Positions 43,806 to 49,035 of a stretch of DNA of 49,035 nucleotides are shown in pieces. The position numbers were made by a program, and so were the translations under genes. Numbering within the stretch: the first letter of the stretch is position 1; each line of letters begins with the position of its first letter. Source of the stretch: Nanobdellota archaeon (GTDB lineage: Archaea > Nanobdellota > Nanobdellia > Parvarchaeales > Parvarchaeaceae); contig JAKATQ010000001.1 of the NCBI GenBank assembly GCA_021818665.1, positions 1-49,035 on the forward strand, written 5' to 3'. The notes under the pieces were generated by a model. The model ran no database searches. It was not told the DNA's origin and worked only from the letters and a program-made list of their open reading frames with translations.

Positions 43806-45281
43806 CTACTTTGCCCGCTCGAAAAGGTTTTTCCCGCGTTTTGGCCGCCCTTCGAACCTCTTGAATCTCGCCTCGCTAAGAGGCTGCGGCTGTACGCCAA
43901 GCTGTTCGAATATGCGTTCGGAGGTGGAAGGCATGAACGGTTGGATGAGTATTGCTATTATACGTATCGCCTCTAGGGCGTTGTAGAGTATTTTTCCCAA
44001 AGCCGCCCCTTTAGCCTCCCACGGCCTAGTATCATTTATGTACTTGTTGACCATCCTGATGACGGCCCATATCTCGTTTATAGCACCGTACATGTCGAAA
44101 TCTTCCATAGATTTTCTCACTTTATCTACATTAGAGTGCACCAGGAGTTCTTCCGCTCCGGAGATGCTCCCGACATCGGTTTTTTCGGCGATGGTCAATA
44201 TCCTCGCGACCAAATTTGCAAGATCGGCCACCAGTTCGCCGTCTATCCTGGCCCTTAGCGCGGCCTCAGAGAAATCGGCATCCTTCCATGCGGGACTTTC
44301 TCGTATAAGGAAGTATCTAACGGCATCTACGGGATATCTTTCCAGTAGCTGCATCGGGTCTACGGCGTTTCCAAGCGATTTGCTCATTTTCTGCCCTTCT
44401 ACCGTCACATAATCGTGCACGAATATCTTGCGGGGAAGTTCTAAGCCGGCAGACAAAAGCATCGCCGGCCAGTAAACCGCGTGGAATCGTATTATCCCTT
44501 TCCCTATGACATGCACGTCGGCCGGCCACCATTTTTTGAAAAGATTTTCATCGCGACCGAAGCCTACGCCGGTAAGGTATATCCCAAGGGCGTCGAACCA
44601 GACGTATATTTTCTGTGACGCGTCTTCGGGTACGGACAGCCCCCAGTCTTTAGCCCGCTCTGAAGAGCGCGACACGCTGAAATCCTTAAGACCGCTTTTC
44701 ACGAACGACAGCACTTCGTTCTTCCTAGATTCTGGATACACCAAAAGCGAGTCGCCCTCTATCAACTCGATGAGCTTTCTCTGGTACTTTGATAGTGTGA
44801 AGAAGTAATTTTCCTCCTCCACGACCTCGGGTTTTGTAAGGTGCTCCGGACACAGTCCATCGACCAGCTCGTCTTCGGTGTAGAAGGCTTCGCAGCCAAC
44901 GCAGTACAGCCCTTTGTATCTCTTTTTGTATATGTCCCCGTTCTTCACGCACGCGTTCCACAGTTTCTTTATACCTGGGAGGTGCAAATCTGGATTAGAC
45001 GACCTCATGAATGTAGAAAAGGAAAGTCCTATAGTTTGTGCGAATTTCTTGAATAATTCTGAGTTGCGATTGCAAAGCTCCTGCGTGCTTATGCCGAGTT
45101 TCTCAGCTGCCTGTACGTTCTTCAGGCTGTTCTCGTCCGCCCCGGTGGTAAGGAACACCTCTTTTCCGGCCGTCTTCTGATATCTGGCGATCACGTCGGC
45201 CTGGACGAATTCGAGAGCGTGGCCTAGATGCGGTTTCGCGTTGACGTAAGGTATGGCTGTCGTTATGTAAAATTTGTCCAT
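43806..45281 (-). CDS. metG: Methionyl-tRNA synthetase (core enzyme, no C-terminal appended domain).
   Basis: 491 aa. FYITTAIPYVNAKPHLGHALE carries the HIGH-type motif, and KMSKSLGN is present. A GGAGG lies 7 nt upstream of the ATG. Confidence 0.9.
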   Translation of the reverse strand: MDKFYITTAIPYVNAKPHLGHALEFVQADVIARYQKTAGKEVFLTTGADENSLKNVQAAEKLGISTQELCNRNSELFKKFAQTIGLSFSTFMRSSNPDLHLPGIKKLWNACVKNGDIYKKRYKGLYCVGCEAFYTEDELVDGLCPEHLTKPEVVEEENYFFTLSKYQRKLIELIEGDSLLVYPESRKNEVLSFVKSGLKDFSVSRSSERAKDWGLSVPEDASQKIYVWFDALGIYLTGVGFGRDENLFKKWWPADVHVIGKGIIRFHAVYWPAMLLSAGLELPRKIFVHDYVTVEGQKMSKSLGNAVDPMQLLERYPVDAVRYFLIRESPAWKDADFSEAALRARIDGELVADLANLVARILTIAEKTDVGSISGAEELLVHSNVDKVRKSMEDFDMYGAINEIWAVIRMVNKYINDTRPWEAKGAALGKILYNALEAIRIIAILIQPFMPSTSERIFEQLGVQPQPLSEARFKRFEGRPKRGKNLFERAK

Positions 45282-45330
45282 TCTGTTCCTCCAGCCAGCA
45301 AGCCGGGCTATTTCGCGGTTGGGTATTATT

Positions 45331-45405
45331 TAGCGGGGGAAAGATTTGAACTTTCGACCTTCGGGTTATGAGCCCGACGAGCACTCCTGGCTGCTCTACC
45401 CCGCT
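45331..45405 (-). tRNA. Initiator tRNA-Met (anticodon CAT), 75 nt, no encoded CCA.
   Basis: Manual fold of the reverse complement: AGCGGGG TA GAGC AGCCAGGAGT GCTC G TCGGG CTCATAA CCCGA AGGTC GAAAG TTCAAAT CTTTC CCCCGCT A. The A1:U72 pair and three consecutive G:C pairs at the base of the anticodon stem are archaeal initiator hallmarks. Confidence 0.85.
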
Positions 45406-45476
45406 AAAGTGCACACTTTATTCTAAGGAATCGCCGGGATTATAAACCTAACGTTGTGCTAACGGATGCCTGTGCA

Positions 45477-46409
45477 CTAAGCAACTGACGTGACTCTCGC
45501 ACCAGGAGGCATGTACGTTATGCCGCTCTGTTCGACGGGACTGGATGCGCCGTCTATGTTCACGCTTATGCCCGTCGCCGACGTATTTTCTCCCAGATAG
45601 AAATGCATGAAAAGAGGCGCACCTAGGTCGTTAGAGAAGCAAATCGTGCCGGTGGCGGTCAAGTTGCTATACGGAGAGCTCACACTCATCAATGAACACG
45701 GATTAGAACCGTAATTTTGCACCTGTAAAAATGTGAAATCGAGCTCGGGAACTAGTCCTATCACTGCCCCTATCGACTCTTTTTCCGACGAGATCAGGTC
45801 CTCCAGCACTGAAAACGTGCTCTCGCCTATTTTTGCCTGGCCTCTCTGGTAAGAGCAGTTTATACCGCGATAAGACGGGTTACTTATGGGGCATATTATT
45901 ATGCCGCTGCCGTTATAGAAACCGAACCCGTATGCGCTGCCGAGTCTGAAAAGGCCGTCGTACTTTGATATCGAGAAAGTCATTGGCGTGTTCACACTCG
46001 AGATCATAGTGACTGTCACATTCCCTGTATAGGTTATGTTGAAGTTGGATTCCGCCGATAGCTGGTCGAAAACCGCAGTGGCCTGGCTTCCGTCGGACAC
46101 ACCTGAAAAAGCACTTGGTGATGACGCGGGAGAGAATACGCTGCTCAAGCCGCTGAAAACGTTGAACTTGTATGCGACTGCTACGGCAACCACTATGGCT
46201 ACTATTGCGAGTATCATGAAAAGGTTACGACCGAAGTTAAATCTTCTCTCTCCTTGCGGCTCCCTGCGCATCGGTGGCGGAGCTGATTGAGGCTCTGGCT
46301 GCGGTTCTGGCGCATCATGGTAACTTTGACCGAAAAGCGACTGTGGCTTTGGGAGCGGCAATATTGCCGGCGGCGGCGCGTATGGCGGGCTCTGTTGTGC
46401 CTGGTCCAT
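45477..46409 (-). CDS. Membrane-anchored secreted protein, Cys-motif family (paralog of 11449..12327), with a Pro-rich cytoplasmic N-terminal tail.
   Basis: 310 aa. The tail PPYAPPPAILPLPKPQ...PEPQPEPQSAPPP is followed by a single TM (LFMILAIVAIVVAVAVAY) and an ectodomain. Shared motifs are NFNITYTG, CSLMSV, TGTICFSNDLGAPL and C-terminal YMPPGA. Confidence 0.6.
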   Translation of the reverse strand: MDQAQQSPPYAPPPAILPLPKPQSLFGQSYHDAPEPQPEPQSAPPPMRREPQGERRFNFGRNLFMILAIVAIVVAVAVAYKFNVFSGLSSVFSPASSPSAFSGVSDGSQATAVFDQLSAESNFNITYTGNVTVTMISSVNTPMTFSISKYDGLFRLGSAYGFGFYNGSGIIICPISNPSYRGINCSYQRGQAKIGESTFSVLEDLISSEKESIGAVIGLVPELDFTFLQVQNYGSNPCSLMSVSSPYSNLTATGTICFSNDLGAPLFMHFYLGENTSATGISVNIDGASSPVEQSGITYMPPGARVTSVA

Positions 46410-46516
46410 GTTTAGGTAGCATTTTGTCGGCTTAAATAGCTTTAACGAAAAGGTGCGCGTCCGCTGATTTTTGGCCGATACAAGGATATAATAATGGAAA
46501 CTTTACAATAATCCAT

Positions 46517-47149
46517 ATGGAGATAGTACTGTCGTTGGGCGGCTCTTTCATTTCAGACCGGCCCCATGAAGTACGCAGGCTTAGGGGCGTACTAAAAAGG
46601 GTCTCGAGAAACGCTATAGTGGTGGTCGGGGGGGGAGACTTGGCACGCGAATACATAAGGTTTGCCGGTCTTTTGGGACTCACAAAACGCTCGCTCCATA
46701 GGGTCGGCATAAAAGCTACGCTGATAAACGCCTTCATCCTTTCGGAGGTCCTCGATGGCGAGTTCTTCGATGGGGACCCGAGACGATTAAGAAAACGTGG
46801 GCTAATCGTGACCGGCGGTTTCAAGCCGGGTTGGACTACAGACACGTGCGCCGCATACGCCGCCGTGTCTTCCGGTGCTGATGTCATCTTCAACATATCA
46901 AAGGAAAAGGGCGTATACGATATGGACCCTGAAAAGTTCAGAAATGCGAAACTCCTAAGACACATAAAGTTCGACGAATTGCGGAAGATGACCGGGGCAG
47001 AGAGAAAACCCGGCATGAATTTCATATTTGACCCTATGGCCGCCACGATATGCAAAAGGCACAAAATAAAAGTAGTCGTGACTAACAGGATAACGGATGT
47101 CGCTGATTATCTTAAAAACGGCACGACTAAGGGCACAATAATAGACTGA
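46517..47149 (+). CDS. pyrH: UMP kinase (archaeal type).
   Basis: 210 aa. IVLSLGGS, VVVGGGDLAREY, VTGGFKPGWTTDTCAAYAA and FDPMA fit the archaeal amino-acid-kinase-fold PyrH. Confidence 0.8.
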   Translation: MEIVLSLGGSFISDRPHEVRRLRGVLKRVSRNAIVVVGGGDLAREYIRFAGLLGLTKRSLHRVGIKATLINAFILSEVLDGEFFDGDPRRLRKRGLIVTGGFKPGWTTDTCAAYAAVSSGADVIFNISKEKGVYDMDPEKFRNAKLLRHIKFDELRKMTGAERKPGMNFIFDPMAATICKRHKIKVVVTNRITDVADYLKNGTTKGTIID

Positions 47150-47174
47150 ATAAACCGTCAAAAGAGCGTCTAAA

Positions 47175-48434
47175 ATGGCGAGATCCACCTCATGGATGTA
47201 CAGTATAATACCCATATCGGCCGTTTCTGGCGGTCTCGGGATAATCCTGCCGCTCTACATCCTTGAGCTAGGGGGCACAGTATTCAATGTCGGGGTGGCC
47301 GTAGCTCTTTTTGAACTCGTATCCATACCGGCTTCGATTTTCTGGGGGGATCTTACGGACCGGCTTACGAGGACGAAAGTATTCATAATATTTTCTATAC
47401 TCGGGACTATTCCGATCTTACTGATATTCTATCTCGTCGCATTTGTGCCCGTTGTAGAGTCTGTATATGGCCTGTACGCGTTCATAGCCACGGCATCGTC
47501 GCCGGCGATAAACATACTCATAATGAGCGGGCGTGTCGGCCGGGCGCTTCCTAAACATTTCAGCAGGTACAGCGTATTTTCCATAATGGGTTCTTTCGCC
47601 GGTATGCTTCCCGGCCTTTTCCTTAATCAGGACCTAATCGGTGTCTATCTTTTGATAATCATGTCTTTCAATATTATAGCGCTCATAGTAGCCATATTCC
47701 TTATAAAGACCACACACCGGGAACAGGTGCGTCGTAAGAACATCACTGCGGTTGGAGAGAGTTTTGCCGTGCTGAACCAGCTCAGCCATACTCCGTTCAT
47801 ACTTACAAGCACGCGACTTCTTGAACGCATACGCAGAAGGCTGTCGGATGAGCGCGTAAGGAACATATACGCCCTTCTTGCAACGATAGCCCTTTTCAAC
47901 TTAGGGATGTACCTATTCAATTCATCGTACATTCCATACCTTAGGGGTCAATCGTTGTCGTACAGCGACATATTCCTCATAAACATTATTAACTCGGCTG
48001 CGCAGCTGCTGGTTTACGGTGTTTTCATCGCACTCGTAAGAAAGATAAACCTCGGCCGCTATTACAAAGCCGCGACCGTCTTCAGGACTATAGGCTATGC
48101 GATGACATTCGTGCCGTTTCTGCTCATAGACGGCGGTTTTCTGTACCTAAATATCGCCGGGTATGCTATAACGGGCCTGGCGTATGCGATGTGGAATGTG
48201 ACATCGTCCGTGCTCTTGTACACGCAGATAAGAAAACTCGGGAAGGGACACTACATAGGAGTATGGGTCGCCCTGCTAGGGTTTTCAGCCGTGATCGGGT
48301 CGCTCTTTTCCGGAATAATGTCGTCTTATGTCGGATACAACGCGACTTTTTCCCTTAGCATTCTCGCTATAATAGGTTCGCTGATAGTTTTCGCAAGATA
48401 CGAAGGCGCCATAGTATCCAAAAAACCGATCTAG
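47175..48434 (+). CDS. MFS-type transporter.
   Basis: 419 aa with about 12 hydrophobic segments arranged 6+6 around a basic central loop (HREQVRRKNI...RRRLSDERVR). WGDLTDRLTR after TM2 resembles the MFS signature loop. Confidence 0.6.
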   Translation: MARSTSWMYSIIPISAVSGGLGIILPLYILELGGTVFNVGVAVALFELVSIPASIFWGDLTDRLTRTKVFIIFSILGTIPILLIFYLVAFVPVVESVYGLYAFIATASSPAINILIMSGRVGRALPKHFSRYSVFSIMGSFAGMLPGLFLNQDLIGVYLLIIMSFNIIALIVAIFLIKTTHREQVRRKNITAVGESFAVLNQLSHTPFILTSTRLLERIRRRLSDERVRNIYALLATIALFNLGMYLFNSSYIPYLRGQSLSYSDIFLINIINSAAQLLVYGVFIALVRKINLGRYYKAATVFRTIGYAMTFVPFLLIDGGFLYLNIAGYAITGLAYAMWNVTSSVLLYTQIRKLGKGHYIGVWVALLGFSAVIGSLFSGIMSSYVGYNATFSLSILAIIGSLIVFARYEGAIVSKKPI

Positions 48435-48479
48435 AAGCCGGTGGATATACTTAAATACGATGGTATTCAAAAGGCTATA

Positions 48480-49035
48480 ATGCAGCTGATTATAGCAGAA
48501 AAAAGCACGGCCGCAGAGACTATAGCGAAAAACCTCGCAGAATCCAAGATAAGCAGCCAGGAAGTCGGATTAGTGAAGTTCTGGTTCACCAAGATAAAGG
48601 GCGAGGACTCTGTCGTAATACCGCTAAAGGGTCACATAAAGGAGGTCAAATACCCAGAAAACTTCAAGAAGTGGACTGAGGAATCTCTCCCTAAGATGAT
48701 AGACGCCAAGCTGGAATACGCGCCGACCGCTCTTGACAACATAAACGTCATAAAAAAGTACGCGAAGGGCGCCGACAAAGTGATAATAGCGACGGACTAT
48801 GATACGGAGGGGGAATCGATAGGCTTCGAAGCTATAGACGTCGTCAAAGAGGTCAACCCTTCGGCTAAGATATATCGAAGCCAGTTCTCATCGCTGACTG
48901 AAAAGGAGCTGAGTGAAGCGTTCACAAACCTCAAAAAACCCAACAAGAACCTGGCGGACAGCGCTGATGCCAGACGGGAAATAGACCTTATCGTTGGCGC
49001 TGTCCTTACGCGGTTCATATCTCTCGCGGCTAGAT
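48480..49035 (+). CDS. topA: Type IA DNA topoisomerase, N-terminal TOPRIM part (runs off the right edge).
   Basis: My translation: MQLIIAEKSTAAETIAKNL....VIIATDYDTEGESIGFE...REIDLIVGAVLTRF. It has IAEK, the DxDxEGE TOPRIM motif and the ARxxxDxxxG motif. The ORF is absent from the track because it is edge-truncated. Confidence 0.8.
   Translation, partial: MQLIIAEKSTAAETIAKNLAESKISSQEVGLVKFWFTKIKGEDSVVIPLKGHIKEVKYPENFKKWTEESLPKMIDAKLEYAPTALDNINVIKKYAKGADKVIIATDYDTEGESIGFEAIDVVKEVNPSAKIYRSQFSSLTEKELSEAFTNLKKPNKNLADSADARREIDLIVGAVLTRFISLAAR

Noticed and set aside
45103-45414. A 103-aa minus-strand ORF upstream of metG.
   Set aside because: It contains the whole initiator tRNA-Met gene and overlaps the metG N-terminus out of frame.
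1-49035. I searched by eye for CRISPR arrays, rRNA genes and multi-gene defence loci (restriction-modification, toxin-antitoxin pairs, Cas operons).
   Set aside because: I saw no short regularly spaced direct repeats and no rRNA-like conserved stretches. Apart from a solo Cas4-like gene, no defence-type domain signatures appeared. The only clear DNA repeat is the intragenic 127-bp duplication at 1 and 559.

Overview
This is a compact archaeal chromosome segment with about 60 genes, tiny or overlapping spacers, and visibly lower GC outside the first ~700 bp. Its core is a 17.6-kb run of genes all on the minus strand (39695 down to 22051). In order these are SUI1, the PolD small subunit, two tandem thymidylate-kinase paralogs, a 767-aa pilin-like LamG protein, pyruvate kinase, L3-L4-L23, a spacer, Rpp29-S17-L14-L24-S4e-L5-S14-S8-L6-L32e-L19e-L18-S5-L30-L15-SecY, and a DUF106/YidC-like protein. 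The L2-S19-L22-S3-L29 block expected between L23 and Rpp29 is absent. So is adk, which normally follows secY.

Other housekeeping genes are the CCA-adding enzyme, an Lhr-like helicase, IMP dehydrogenase, archaeal SAM synthetase, aRF1, tRNA-splicing endonuclease, thioredoxin, aIF2-alpha, Nop10 (missing from the ORF track), an Nre-family protein, ArgRS, ADP-forming acetyl-CoA synthetase, MetRS, UMP kinase and the start of a type IA topoisomerase.

I found four tRNA genes by eye, none with an encoded CCA:
- Asn-GTT.
- Ala-TGC, with a ~14-nt anticodon-loop intron.
- Ile-GAT.
- Initiator Met-CAT.

Two small degraded mobile or accessory patches sit at tRNA 3' ends:
- A decayed tyrosine-integrase remnant lies next to tRNA-Asn.
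- An islet between tRNA-Ala and tRNA-Ile holds an IS-transposase N-terminal fragment, a frameshifted DUF3850/ASCH gene and orphan ORFs.

The most unusual content is cell-surface related:
- An edge-truncated repeat adhesin-like gene with a perfect internal DNA duplication.
- A giant protein with a type IV pilin-like signal and DUF2341/LamG modules, embedded in the housekeeping operon.
- A membrane-anchored Cys-motif paralog family present at least twice.
- A DUF106 homolog with a large extracytoplasmic insert.

I saw no CRISPR array, rRNA gene or recognisable multi-gene defence locus. The features are consistent with a reduced-genome (possibly DPANN-like or Thermoplasmata-like) archaeon. That lineage call is inference only.
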